Source of the DNA: Octopus sinensis
Taxonomy: Eukaryota
Direction of reading: 5' to 3'
Assembly: GCF_006345805.1 (NCBI RefSeq)
Contig: NW_021835979.1
Coordinates: 1-64,000 of the forward strand
Length of the DNA stretch: 64,000 nucleotides
A program made the position numbers and the translations under genes. This document shows, piece by piece, positions 12,628 through 25,534 of the stretch (the first letter of the stretch is position 1; each line of letters begins with the position of its first letter). Under the pieces are notes generated by a model. The model did not search any database. It saw only the letters and a program-made list of their open reading frames with translations, and was not told the DNA's origin.

Positions 12628-12923
12628 GCTTTATCACATTTCCTGCATTCATTCGTTGTCAATTGTAACAATCTGCTGTATTTCCCATCCGCGGATGCTA
12701 AAAATCTTGCCCCTGGAGTATCTTACCAGCTGGCAATCATGTATGAAATGGAGGTGATACTTGACAAACAACGCTGGAATTGAAAGAAAATATGAAAAAT
12801 ATGTTTGAGACGATCTTATCTCGACCGAGTTGTTATGTCCGCCAGGCCGATGTGAAGAACGTATTCAAAGTATGCGTCGACACACACATACTTACGTGAG
12901 ACGGATACATACATAAAAAAACA

Positions 12924-12957
<34 letters not shown>

Positions 12958-13068
12958 CATACATACACATGTGCATATATGCGTACTTATATGCATGTGT
13001 GTATACCTACACTTGCACACACAGATATATATATATACACAGTTATAAATACTTTCAATATGAAGTAT

Positions 13069-13434
<366 letters not shown>

Positions 13435-14095
13435 AACGTAATTCTATGGCTCCAACTGTTGGGCTTCCACAGAGTTTTCGTCCACAAAATTTTGCTTCAA
13501 TCCAAGATTATGGTAAAAGTGAGCTTCCCAAGTTGTCTAAGATACTACTCAGTAGGATTGGCCGAACGACTGCGAAGCGAAATCCTTAAAACACTGCCGT
13601 GCCTACTCCCGTGCAGTAAAACAGTCGTTTATTAATAAAAATTAAAACGTCATGAATGCTAACAGCTTTACATCATTGGAGTTATTTTATTTAAGGAAGC
13701 ATAAGATTTTTCTATGGAATATATGAAAATGTTCTACGCATAAAAGAAAAGGTAACATGTGATCTAACGTTATGCTTTTTTTCAAGAACAGATGAAATCT
13801 CGATAAAATGTTGAATAATTCTATGTTGATATGCTAAAAAATATTTTTACTTATATATTGTCACGCTGCTTCTCCTCATCAATTGTCTAAACAATTGTTT
13901 CCGTGAAATTTAACGTTACTAGTATAGAAGCTACAATTTTTTTTTAAATATAAAATACTCTATATCACGAATTGGGTACTTCTTTTTCTAATAGTAAACG
14001 TAAACTTTCTCCGGTCTACACGCATACATATTTTTACATACATGTATACATACATACATACATACATACATACATACATACATACATACATACAT

Positions 14096-14161
<66 letters not shown>

Positions 14162-14662
14162 AAAGAAGAAAAGGGATTATAAATCCAGGCAGACATCAAT
14201 AAAGCACTCGGTTTTAAACGAATTTAGTTAACTATATCAAACACTCACACCTTTAATTCAAAGCGAACTTCAAATTTAAATAATTATGGTTCGTTGTGTA
14301 TTTTTATATGTATTAATTACAACAATGTTGACACAATAGAAACATTTGTCGGCTTTTTAAGGTGTGTCCTGCAATTAAAGATGTGATTTTCTCTATCAGT
14401 ATTTCTGTTATGTATGTATGCATGTATGTATGTATGTATGTATGTATGTATGTATGTATGTATGTATGTATGTATGTATGTATGTATGTATGTATGCATG
14501 TATATGAACAATATATGTATTGTATTTGAAGGTATCATTACTTAGCGCTTTCTAATCTGTTTTTAATTATTGCCGGGCCGCAACCTGTGATAGTCACTGG
14601 AATAGAATAAGGGAGAGATCGTCTTTCGTTGGCATTTTGTTGCGTCTCCCTTTCCATTTATC

Positions 14663-14698
14663 CTGAAGAGGTGATAACCACTCCGAAATGCATGCGTC
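14663..14698 (+). ncRNA. Decayed hammerhead-like core
   Basis: CUGAAGA, weak stem II, GAAA, near-palindromic AUGCAUGCGU, GUC; stem I not formed. Confidence 0.35.
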
Positions 14699-15353
14699 CT
14701 CCAATATGAGTGTGGCGCTTGGAGCTAACTTGATGTGTTTACACCTATTTGTCTACAGCAGTTACACACACATACGCATTTGAACCCTACCCACCACTCA
14801 CACACACTCATACTCGACCGCATGGTTGGCAAGTACACAGTTACTACTGTGTGTATAACACGCCATAGACACATATATATGAAGACATTTAAATGTTCAT
14901 GAGCAAGTTTAACTATGAATCATGAGAAAAAACAATTTACTGACATAAGGAAACGGGCACTTATAATTTTTTTCTCTTCTGATTTGTAAAACAGAAATTA
15001 TTGCATTGCATCGGTTGTATTTTCTCTGTGGTATGGTGCCTTCGCAGTCCACACGCTTCGTGTGTCTAGTTACTCTCCTATCATCGCTGCAAACATTGCT
15101 GGAAGAAATGAATTCAGCATTACAAGACAACTCCTATCAGTCAGCTGCTGCTTTCACAGGATTGATTCTACTGTCGTCTGGTGCCAATTTAGACATAGGT
15201 GGACGTGCCAGACGTAAAGTCGACCTCAGCAGAATTTGAACGTAGAACGTAAATAGTCAGAAAAAAATAGAAAATACCGTTTAGCATTTTGTCTGACGTG
15301 CTAACCATTCTGCCAGCTGACCTCCATGATAATAGTAATTCTTTCTTCTATAA

Positions 15354-15675
15354 TAGAGGTTCTGAACCGGGGTCCATATAAGATTTTTTGGAGTCCATGC
15401 AAGAAAATAATAAATTGGGGATCTACAACAGTATTTTAGAGGCCCTCGAAAAAACGCTGTATGTATTGGTATGTATTGCAAGGAACAGTTAGGTTGGTTT
15501 CTTTCTAAAGAATTTTACATAATTCGACCTGCAAAAGTTAATGTGCGATAAACAAAATAGGAATTTTGAAAGAGGTTTCTATAAAACTAGTTTTTAAACA
15601 TTGAATGGTTATAGGGGTCCAACGGAATAAAATAGTAATTAAAGGGGTCCATAAATAAATGGTCGAGAACCCATG
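15354..15675. mobile_element. hAT (Buster/Charlie-type) MITE, copy 1
   Basis: Ends tagaggttctgaacc / ggtcgagaacccatg; 8-bp NNNTANNN target ttctataa / ttctat. Confidence 0.75.
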
Positions 15676-15735
15676 TTCTATGCTAACCATTCTGCCAGCT
15701 GACCTCCTTGATAATAGTAATTCTTTCTTCTATAA

Positions 15736-16057
15736 TAGAGGTTCTGAACCGGGGTCCATATAAGATTTTTTGGAGTCCATGCAAGAAAATAATAAATTGG
15801 GGATCTACAACAGTATTTTAGAGGCCCTCGAAAAAACGCTGTATGTATTGGTATGTATTGCAAGGAACAGTTAGGTTGGTTTCTTTCTAAAGAATTTTAC
15901 ATAATTCGACCTGCAAAAGTTAATGTGCGATAAACAAAATAGGAATTTTGAAAGAGGTTTCTATAAAACTAGTTTTTAAACATTGAATGGTTATAGGGGT
16001 CCAACGGAATAAAATAGTAATTAAAGGGGTCCATAAATAAATGGTCGAGAACCCATG
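15736..16057. mobile_element. hAT MITE, copy 2 (duplicated)
   Basis: As above; followed by ttctatag. Confidence 0.75.
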
Positions 16058-16065
16058 TTCTATAG

Positions 16066-16228
16066 GTACAAAGTCTAAAATTTTTGAGGATGGGGCTACG
16101 CGATTTCATCGGTCCCAATGCTTAAGTGCCACTTGGAAAGGATAAAAGGTAAAGTCATGCTGGGCGGAATTTGAACTCAGAACGTAAAGACGGACCAAAT
16201 GCCGCTAAATACTTTGACCGGCAGGCTA
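16066..16228 (-). mobile_element. SINE group C (tail Y), interrupted by the MITE
   Basis: gcggaatttgaactcagaacgtaaagacgg motif. Confidence 0.75.
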
Positions 16229-16264
16229 ACACACACACACACACCACACACACACATTATTCTA

Positions 16265-16498
16265 AGGCGGCGAGCTGACAGAAACGTTAGCACGCCGGGC
16301 GAAATGCTCAGCAGTATTTCGTCTGTCGTTACGTTCTGGGTTCAAATTCTGCCGAGGTCGACTTTGCCTTTCATCCTTTCGGGGTCGATAAATAAAGTAC
16401 CAGTTGCGCACTGGGGTCGATGTAGTTGACTTAATCCGTTTGTCTGTCTTTGTTTGTCCCCTCTATGTTTAGCCCCTTGTAGGCAATAAAGAAATATT
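16265..16498 (+). mobile_element. SINE group C monomer
   Basis: Full head, Nin/Deu-like domain, tail X. Confidence 0.9.
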
Positions 16499-16958
16499 AT
16501 TCTATGCTTTATACTCTGTCCTGTATGCTAACTACGACACAGATGTATGTTACACGATTGTGCGACAAATATCGCCGAAGCTTGGTTACGGGCATTTTAT
16601 CACACTTTACAATAAATCCGATTTGCATAAAATTCATTATTAAATTTCAATGTTTTTTAATATCGCCAGTAGCTGAGCAATAATTGGCGAAATTAATGAA
16701 TAAATATAAACTTAGGAACATCTGAAAAGTTTAAATGAATATATCTTGGTTTTTATTTCCACCAACGACAACGTAGGAAAGCTGTGAACCCCACAGTGAA
16801 TTTTAAGTGCTTCGGTCGGTTTTCCAAGAGATTTTTGTGAGATTAATCAAACAGAGGTTACGTGTGTGCGTGTGCGTATCTCTCTCACTCTCTCTCTCTC
16901 CCCCTCTCTCTCCCCCTCTCTCTCCCCCTCTCTCTCTATATATATATTATTGTGTGTT

Positions 16959-17026
<68 letters not shown>

Positions 17027-17298
17027 TGTATGTATGTATATGTATATATATGTATATGTATGTGTGTGTGAGCACGCGCGTATATTCTTGCGCCAAAACT
17101 CCCAAAACACCCCCTAAAAAAAGAAACCCATGAAGTCCCTGCTACCAGAACTGGCAGACAATGGCTTCAAGGTACTTATGGCACTTGAAGGAAATGTGCA
17201 TTTCGAAAATAATTGATGGCAGGAAAGATTTAAAATAAAACACCACAATATTCAGTTAGGAAAAAGCATGAAATGTGAATTGGAATTCATTGTTGTTG

Positions 17299-17348
<50 letters not shown>

Positions 17349-18204
17349 GTCATTATTATCCCACAAATATTCAGAGAAGTGGACCAAATGCTTTTTTTTT
17401 GCCTCCAAGTCATCTAATCTTTCTAGCTTTTATTATCTATTTTTGCTTTTTTTTTTCTAAAAAATTGTTTTATTTATTTTTTTTATTTTTGTGTCTGTGT
17501 TTGTTTCTTTTGTGTATTGAGGGGGGGGGCACTGAACGGGGGTGGATGAAGGGTGATTAAAAATACATTTTAAATAGATTTCTTTCTCAGTATTTAATAT
17601 GATTAAATTCTCTTTTGCTTTTGGCATAACTGAAGAACAGTCTGTTTTCTGTAGATTGGTTTGTGACATTTTGTTGCAGACGACACAACAACGGCAGCAT
17701 CAACAATAAAACAACAACAGCAACAGCAACAGCAACAACAACAGGAACAAAAATGACAACGAAAAGCAACAAAAACGAAAAAGAAGAAACATATAAAATG
17801 GTATGAAAAATATGTAATTCCTAAAGATCCTAACTTATATAAATTATATATAAAATATCAGCTGCAACAATATACAGTAACAATAAAATAAAATAAAAAT
17901 AAAAATTCATCAAAAATTTTCCCCCATTAATAAAGAATAAAATAACAGAAAAGAAAGAAAAAAACCTATGTAAAAATATAAACGCAAAAATATTTTTAAC
18001 GCCATTTTAAATAACTAAAATGAATCTTTATCATCTTTTCAGGCATGAAGAGGAACCAAAATGGGAGAAAAATATGTTCGAACGAAACCGTCTAAACGTT
18101 GTTGTTACTGATGCTGTTGCTGGTGTTGTTGTTGTTGTTGCTTAACCCCTGGTTAGTCTTGATTGCGCAACCTTCGATTAACTTGGTCAGCCTATGATTA
18201 AAGT

Positions 18205-18520
18205 CACTCCACGCGTGACTACTTTGTCTTTCATTATCCCCATATACGAGGAATTTCAATACGTCGTTTTTTAAGACAGCAAATTGCGATTTGAAGGGGA
18301 TTTAGTTGATATATCTAGTAAACCAACAGGACACTTGGAAACTCCCTCGCCCTTTGGTGTAGCCCTAGATTGATGAAACCCATGATTAAAGCTGATCCAG
18401 TCGTGACCATCCCCTCTTTTTTTCGTTATATACAAACAAGTCAGGACCAAATTATCCAACACTTCTTTTTCTAAGAATACATGGAAGTTGTAGATAAGGT
18501 GTGATTTGCGAGAGATTTAA
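18205..18520. repeat. Unclassified dispersed repeat, two tandem units; related piece at 9905-10035
   Basis: atgattaaag..gtgaccatccc..gatttg..gagattt shared. Confidence 0.6.
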
Positions 18521-18526
18521 TTGTTA

Positions 18527-18648
<122 letters not shown>

Positions 18649-18738
18649 GTCTGTCTGTCTGTCCTATATATATGTATATATATATATATATATACACACA
18701 CATACATACATAATACCTACATACATACATATAAATAC

Positions 18739-18781
<43 letters not shown>

Positions 18782-18889
18782 CATATACATATAATATATA
18801 ATATGATAAAATAATATATAAATATATGCATATATACATACGTATCTGTACACACCAACGTTTATATGTATATCTACATGCATATATGG

Positions 18890-19240
18890 GTACAGGACAA
18901 AAAAAACGTTGAACACAATGAGAAACGAAAACATAAAAACAAAACCATAGAAACTTTTTTTCGAACGAGGAAAAAGACAAACAGAGAAACGAGACATGCA
19001 ACATAAAGAATATTCTCCTTCTTCAGTTGTCCCTGTTTCATCTACTCCGCGTTCGAAGGCAAGGACAATACGCGACTTTGTTGAAACAATCCTTCCCGCA
19101 AAGCAAGTTAAATAAAATTTGGGATTTTTTGCGGAATATGAAATTGGTTGAAAATTATTTTCAACGCTAGGAATACGAGCTTATGAGAGGAGACAGTATA
19201 AGCGCGTGTTTCTTAAGGTAGGTAATGGACAGAAAGATGA
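18890..19240. repeat. Unclassified dispersed repeat; second copy 56675-56845
   Basis: caaacagagaaacgagacatgca(a/c)cataaag..ttc(t/a)tcagttg shared. Confidence 0.75.
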
Positions 19241-19245
19241 TTATA

Positions 19246-19288
<43 letters not shown>

Positions 19289-19471
19289 ATAATAACTGTA
19301 TATAATATATATCATAATGATATTATTTCTCCGATTTGAAGCGACAATTGTAAATATAAATAAATGACCGAAAAATGATGAGCTAACCTCAGGCTGAATC
19401 GAACTCACAAATCGACGCTATCATGTCTCTCTCTCTATCTCTCTCTCTCTCTCTCTTATATATATATCTGA

Positions 19472-19526
<55 letters not shown>

Positions 19527-19529
19527 AAT

Positions 19530-19560
<31 letters not shown>

Positions 19561-19717
19561 GACGGGCTTCTTTCAGCTTCCGTCTGCCAAATCCACTTAC
19601 AGGGCTTGGTCGGCTGAGACTATAGTAGAAGACACTTGCCCAAGGTACCACGCTGTGTGACTGAACCTGGGACCATGTGGTATGGAAGCAAGCTTCTTAC
19701 CACATACCTACGCCTGC
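19561..19717 (-). mobile_element. SINE group B 5' half
   Basis: gacacttgcccaaggtaccacgc..gggaccatgtgg. Confidence 0.85.
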
Positions 19718-20162
19718 TCTTATTTGTTCATATTGTTGTTGTTGTTGTTGCTGTTGCTTTTGCTATGTCTCCTTCCCCTCGAATCCTGTCCTCTACATCG
19801 ATCTCACTACTTCAGATTAGGTTTCTGGTGTCAGTTACCATTAGAAGAAAGGGCATTTCTTGACCTAACAATCAATAGGTGAGGATTTGCAGATGTAAGC
19901 TAATGATGATGATGATGTTGATAATGATGGCGATGGTGATGACAACGACGAGGACGATGATGAAAATGATGACGTTGAGGACAACAATGACTATAATGAT
20001 TATGATGATGACGATGATGATGATGATAATGATGATGATGTTAGTGACGGTGGTGGCAATGATAATGATGATCTTGAAGATGAAGGTGACATCGACAGCA
20101 ATGATGACAACGACGACGACGATGATGATAACGCTGGCGATGGTAACAGTAATATAGTTGAT

Positions 20163-20548
20163 GTGGAGGCGCAATGGCCCAGTGGTTAGGGCAGCGGACT
20201 CGCGGTCATAGGATCGCGGTTTCGATTCCCAGACCGGGCGTTGTGAGTGTTTATTGAGCGAAAACACCTAAAAAGCTCCACGAGGCTCCGGCAGGGGATG
20301 GTGGTGATCCCTGCTGTACTCTTTCACCACAACTTTCTCTCACTCTTACTTCCTGTTTTCTGTTGTACCTGTATTTCAAAGGGCCGGCCTTGTCACTCTC
20401 TGTGTCTCGCTGAATATCCCCGAGAACTACGTTAATGGTGCACGTGTCTGTGGAGTGCTCACCACTACCGTTAATTTTGAGCAGGCTGTTCCGTTGATTC
20501 GGATCAACCGGAACCCTCATCGTCGTAACCGACGGAGTGCTTCCATCC
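20163..20548 (+). mobile_element. SINE group A, full length
   Basis: TSD aatatagttgat (20151-20162 / 20549-20560). Confidence 0.95.
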
Positions 20549-20722
20549 AATATAGTTGATACGTAAATAATGCTGACGTTTGTGATGATAACAACAATGA
20601 TATTTTTCGGTCCCTAAACCGTATTACTTATGCCTTGCACCATATCTTACCACAACATAATCCACAATATAACATACCGTAGAAACTTATATATTTTACC
20701 ATGCTTATAAATGCTTTCTGGG

Positions 20723-20842
20723 TGTGGAGGCATGTGGCTTATTGGTAAGGGGAAGGACTTATAATTGTAAGATTGTGGTCTCGATTTCTGGGCGACGCGT
20801 TGTGTTCTTGAGAAAAACACTTCATTTAACGTTGCTCCAATC
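20723..20842 (+). mobile_element. SINE group D (Meta-like domain) 5' fragment
   Basis: cgttgtgttcttgagaaaaacacttcatttaacgttgctcca. Confidence 0.7.
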
Positions 20843-21000
20843 CAGGGAAAGGGGTAAGTTCCGAAAAGGGGGCAAAGTCAGCGGAAAGGGGGAAATTCCA
20901 AAGAAAGGGGAAGTTCCGGGGAAAGGGGTAATTCCGGGAAATCTCCTTTGGAAAAAGGAAAATTCCTTTTAGGAAAGGGGAAAATCCATTTTCCCCTTTG
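20843..21000 (+). repeat. G-rich minisatellite, about 18-19 bp unit (GAAAGGGGNAANTCC)
   Basis: About 7-8 degenerate units. Confidence 0.75.
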
Positions 21001-21138
21001 GACAGTTAAAAGACCGTCTTTTTCTACTCAAAGTGTTTTTATAATTTTATCGCCTAATCATATGCTTCAAAATCCACTAATCTTCTGCCCCACAAAAAAG
21101 ATTAATCCTTTAATTCTTTATATATTAATATTAAAGCC

Positions 21139-21337
21139 ACGTGTGTTTGTCCCCCCATCACAGTTTGGCAACCGGTGTTGGTATGTTTGGTCTTCGTAAA
21201 TTAGCGGTTGGACAAAACAGACCGATAAAATAAAAAAAAAGTAACATAACCAGTGAGGTCGATTTGTGCAACAAAAGTCCTTTAAGGTGGTGCCCCAGCA
21301 TGGCCGCAGTCAAACGACTGGAACAAATACAAAATAA
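21139..21337 (+). mobile_element. SINE group B 3' half
   Basis: Homology to B tail. Confidence 0.75.
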
Positions 21338-21964
21338 AGGACAAATCGCTTGAAAGAAACGAAAACGGTAAATAAAAGAAATGAAAAGAATAATTATAAT
21401 TAGTTAAATAGTTTATGGAATTCCAAAGTTAAATCACGTGACCATTGTTATTAAATTAAAGCACTAAATCATAACAATAATTATAAAACTATAATTATTA
21501 AATTATGACAAACATTCCTTGATTTCCATTGAAATGCTTCACATTTTTTGGCGAAGAGAAATAATTAATTTTGAAGATGCTCTACTTGTTTTGTGTGTGT
21601 GCGGGGCACGCGCTCGAATATACGTACATACTTACATACATACATATATACATATGCACATACATGCATACCTATGTACGTACGTATACACAACACACAC
21701 ACACATATGTAGGGATAACAAAATACTTTTCATGCTACGAAATTTCACGGTACGAGAAAATTTTCATGAATACAACGCGCCCCCAATACAAGAGACAACA
21801 GTTTCTTTCTTTCTTCTCCTCTATTGCTCTCTCTCCCTAACTCCCCCCCCCCCATCCACACACGCATATATATATATCGTCAGTAAATCATAAACCCGAA
21901 AGGGAAGCACACTTTAAGTTATAGAGCAGTAGAGTATTTAGATTAAAGATAGTTATGGCTGTTT

Positions 21965-22093
21965 TATAGAGTTACCTAGGGCTTCGCGTGTATAAAGCAC
22001 GTAGCTTTATATACGCCCCTCAGACCTTAATGCCTGACGGTAGGTATGTAAAGATAAGCGCTTTATGGACGCGAAATCTTGGGTAACCTTATA
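21965..22093. repeat. Imperfect inverted repeat (about 52-bp arms), MITE-like
   Basis: tatagagttacctagggcttcgcgtg.. vs ..cgcgaaatcttgggtaaccttata. Confidence 0.8.
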
Positions 22094-22107
22094 AACCTGC
22101 ATATACT

Positions 22108-22175
<68 letters not shown>

Positions 22176-22495
22176 ATAGAGGGGTGAATGAATTATCCTA
22201 GTATGGATAATTCGGTTAACCGATACCTGGGTAGCAAATTCACGTCAGAGAACACGGTTGAAGCTATATGCCAAGGGCAGGGATCTCGTGTTCTCGTGTG
22301 TAATTTTGTGTGTTTTTTTAAACTATGAATAAATGAAAGAATGGAGTCGAACGACGATTTTAACAAAATTCCTTTACTCTCGACACATGTTTCGAAGGCT
22401 GCATATTCCTAATTCCGAAGGAATAAAGGGTGCATTATATATATAAAACTGTATATTATATAACTATTCATAACTGTATGTATATATATGTGTAA

Positions 22496-22793
22496 CAATC
22501 TTTAAATACAAGCAAATGGCCGAAAAATGATGAGCTAACCCCAGGCAGAATCGAACTCACAAATCAACACTCACACGGCTCCTTGCACATCCGATTGGCG
22601 AAACTCTCATCCATCAATATTATATGCAGTATTAGACAGTTTGAACATATAGTAACTAAATTTGACTGAAATTGATGGGTGAGCGTTTGCCCAATCGGCT
22701 GTGCAAGGAGCAATGTAAGCGTTGATTAATGAGTTCGATTCTGGATAGGGTTAGCTCATCTTTTTTCGGTTATTTGTTTGTATTTTAAAATTG
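22496..22793. repeat. Fold-back element, about 123-bp inverted arms, 52-bp spacer; arm also at 19340-19420
   Basis: gatgagctaacc..gaatcgaactca..gctccttgcaca..ccgattgg in both orientations. Confidence 0.85.
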
Positions 22794-22926
22794 TCGCTTC
22801 AAATAAATATTATTATACAGTTATTATCAAACTATGAGTTTTCCATAGTTGCTTTCTCTCTGTAACTACAAAGTCTTTCGAGTTTGATTATAAATATTAT
22901 ATGCAGTATACATACATACATACATA

Positions 22927-22959
<33 letters not shown>

Positions 22960-22966
22960 ATATATA

Positions 22967-23006
<40 letters not shown>

Positions 23007-23239
23007 TCTGTATATATATATATATATATATATAAATGAAAGAATGGAGTCGAACGACGATTTTAACAAAATTCCTTTACTCACGATCGCCAAGGTCTGT
23101 GAGTTCGATACCCGGCGGCGCGTTGTATCCTTAAGCATATATACATATTAGTGATCTGCTAAATCATCTATAGATTTTTATGGTCAATATATATATACTC
23201 TGATAAGCGAGGTAACCCGGAATCAACCGAATGAGCTGG

Positions 23240-23291
23240 CCTTACTGAAGATGGCTACGGAAATAGTCGAAACTGGCCGGTCAGTCTAAGG
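23240..23291 (+). ncRNA. Type I hammerhead ribozyme (complete core), predicted cleavage after C23286
   Basis: Stem I CCUUA/UAAGG; CUGAAGA + extra U; stem II GGCUA/UAGUC; GAAA; stem III ACUGG/UCAGU; GUC triplet. Confidence 0.85.
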
Positions 23292-23521
23292 AATTCTCGG
23301 TTCGGTGTTCGGGGCCACTGCAGCCCCTTCGTACTTTGTAACGTCACTGGAACATTTGAACTCCTATTTTTTTGCATTGTAGGTGTTATTCACACCTTTA
23401 GTCAAGTTTAGTTGAATATAATTTTCCTTTACGGTATAACATTGCAAACAGCTGCTTTTATTATGTTATATATATATATGCTTCCACGTGTAGTTTCTAT
23501 TTTCTTTTTGTAACATATTTC

Positions 23522-23567
<46 letters not shown>

Positions 23568-23605
23568 GTGAGAAGTTGGTGTGTGAAGCACGTGGTTGAA
23601 TATTA

Positions 23606-23742
23606 GAAAATAGTAAAAAGTGAAAAAACTATGTCATTGTATGAAAAAAATTTCTAACATTCTTCAGACATATTGACTCAAATATATATTTTTTAACCTT
23701 TTAAAACAAGCCTTCTGTAGTTTTTTCACTTTTACTATTTTC
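23606..23742. repeat. 25-26-bp inverted repeats enclosing a decayed hammerhead-like remnant (23630-23672, minus)
   Basis: gaaaatagtaaaaagtgaaaaaacta / tagttttttcacttttactattttc; inside UAUGU CUGAAGA..ACAUA but GAAA lost. Confidence 0.6.
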
Positions 23743-23772
23743 TCTCTCTCCTCTCTCTCCTCTCTCTCTCTC

Positions 23773-23858
<86 letters not shown>

Positions 23859-23879
23859 TATACATACATATATATATAT

Positions 23880-23912
<33 letters not shown>

Positions 23913-23923
23913 CATACATACAT

Positions 23924-23970
<47 letters not shown>

Positions 23971-24564
23971 TTATGTATATTTTACGTATTGAGTTCTATT
24001 TCTCGTTTGTTTCACTAACAAAGACACCTAGACACACATATATACTAAAGCACACACATATAGATACATACACATTGTCATTAATGTACGTATATGTGTG
24101 TGTTTGTTTGTCATTAATGTATGTATATTTGTGACTTTACTGCGATATGCAAGCATCATTGATTACATAATAAAGTATATATCTACACACATACACATTA
24201 CGTACCCCCCCACCACAATATAGTCACGCACACGCGCGTGCACCCCTCATGCATATATAGACACGCACATTCAAACATATGTGTACGTTGAAATACGCTA
24301 AACTTACATAAAATGGCAGACGGAAGTGAGGATGGAACGGATACTAGCTACACAATTGTAATGAGGATTTGTAATTTTCCCTATATTTAGTAACAGACAG
24401 TAACATCTCTGCTGGTATTAGGTTCCAGGAAAGACTTGACATTTCTCCTTCCGTTGTTGACTTTCTCATAATGGCCATTCCATCGCATTGTTTGTTATAA
24501 TAAACTGGCATTATAATTCTCTAGATTTCCAGTGTGTGCTCTTCGTGTGTGTGCGTGGGTGTAC

Positions 24565-24602
<38 letters not shown>

Positions 24603-24704
24603 ATGCGCACCTGTGTGTGACTATGCGTCTGTGAGTTTTTACATGTATGTGTATTTGTGCGTGTGTGTGTGTGCAGGCGTATCTACGTATGTATAAGTGC
24701 GTGC

Positions 24705-24740
<36 letters not shown>

Positions 24741-24956
24741 TGTGCTAAACTTTATGTGCATATATAACAGTGTGGTGTATTTATGCCTCTCTCTTTGGCT
24801 GTGTATCTCTCCATATGTGAGTGTTACATGTGTGAAACGTTATGGGAATGTAATTGAGTGATGTGTGTGTGTGTGGTGTGTGTGTGTTCTGCCTCTTTCT
24901 TTGGCTGTGTAACCGTGTTTGTGTGTGAGTGTGTGCGTGTGTGAAAGGATGTGTTC

Positions 24957-24991
<35 letters not shown>

Positions 24992-25204
24992 CCTACGTTA
25001 CAAACATGCGTTTGTGAGTATGTACTCAGATGAGCAAGCAAATATGTGTGTGTATGTGTATTCAACATTATTGGTCAGTAGTTCTCACCCATTTTTTGAC
25101 CATGGACCCCTTCGATTCTTGTTTTACTCAAGGGTGCGATGTCTAAAAACTATTATATTTTTATGATTAAATATTATTAGGGATTCTATCAAAAATGTTT
25201 AAAT

Positions 25205-25523
25205 ATTTTGTGTTTTTATGCGCTCTTTTCAAACCTAACCAGGCTCATGGGTCTGGTTTCCTGGTTTCTGTGGCGTATGTGTTCCCTCCCAGCTGGACAG
25301 GACGCCAGTCCATCGCAGCGTTACTCAAGAAACAGGAAGAAAGAGTGAGAGAAAGTTGGGGCGAAACAGTACAACAGGGGTCGCCACCACCCCCTGCCGA
25401 AGCCTCGTGGAACTTTCGGTGTTTTCACTCAATAAACACACACAACGCCCGGTCTGGGAATCGAAACCGCAATCCTCCGACCGCGAGTCCGCTGCGCTAA
25501 CCATTGGGCCATTGCGCCTCCAC
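25205..25523 (-). mobile_element. Chimeric SINE: group A head and body with V-like 3' module
   Basis: A head to ..ttcttgagtaac then gctgcgatggactggcgtcctgtccagctggg. Confidence 0.85.
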
Positions 25524-25534
25524 ACTGCTCCCTT

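Larger units (their letters stand above)
15300..16063. repeat. 382-bp near-perfect tandem duplication
   Basis: Units 15300-15681 and 15682-16063; one difference seen (catgat/cttgat). Confidence 0.95.

Noticed and set aside
14996-15240. Non-repetitive stretch with acceptor and 77-aa ORF
   Set aside because: Three frames are equally plausible, no homology, and the ORF ends in a SINE
18043-18095. Strong acceptor followed by GMKRNQNGRKICSNETV*
   Set aside because: No recognisable homology or supporting upstream exon; cannot be separated from chance
22378-22410. GAAACAUGUGUC half-hammerhead on minus
   Set aside because: CUGANGA half absent; noted only as a remnant
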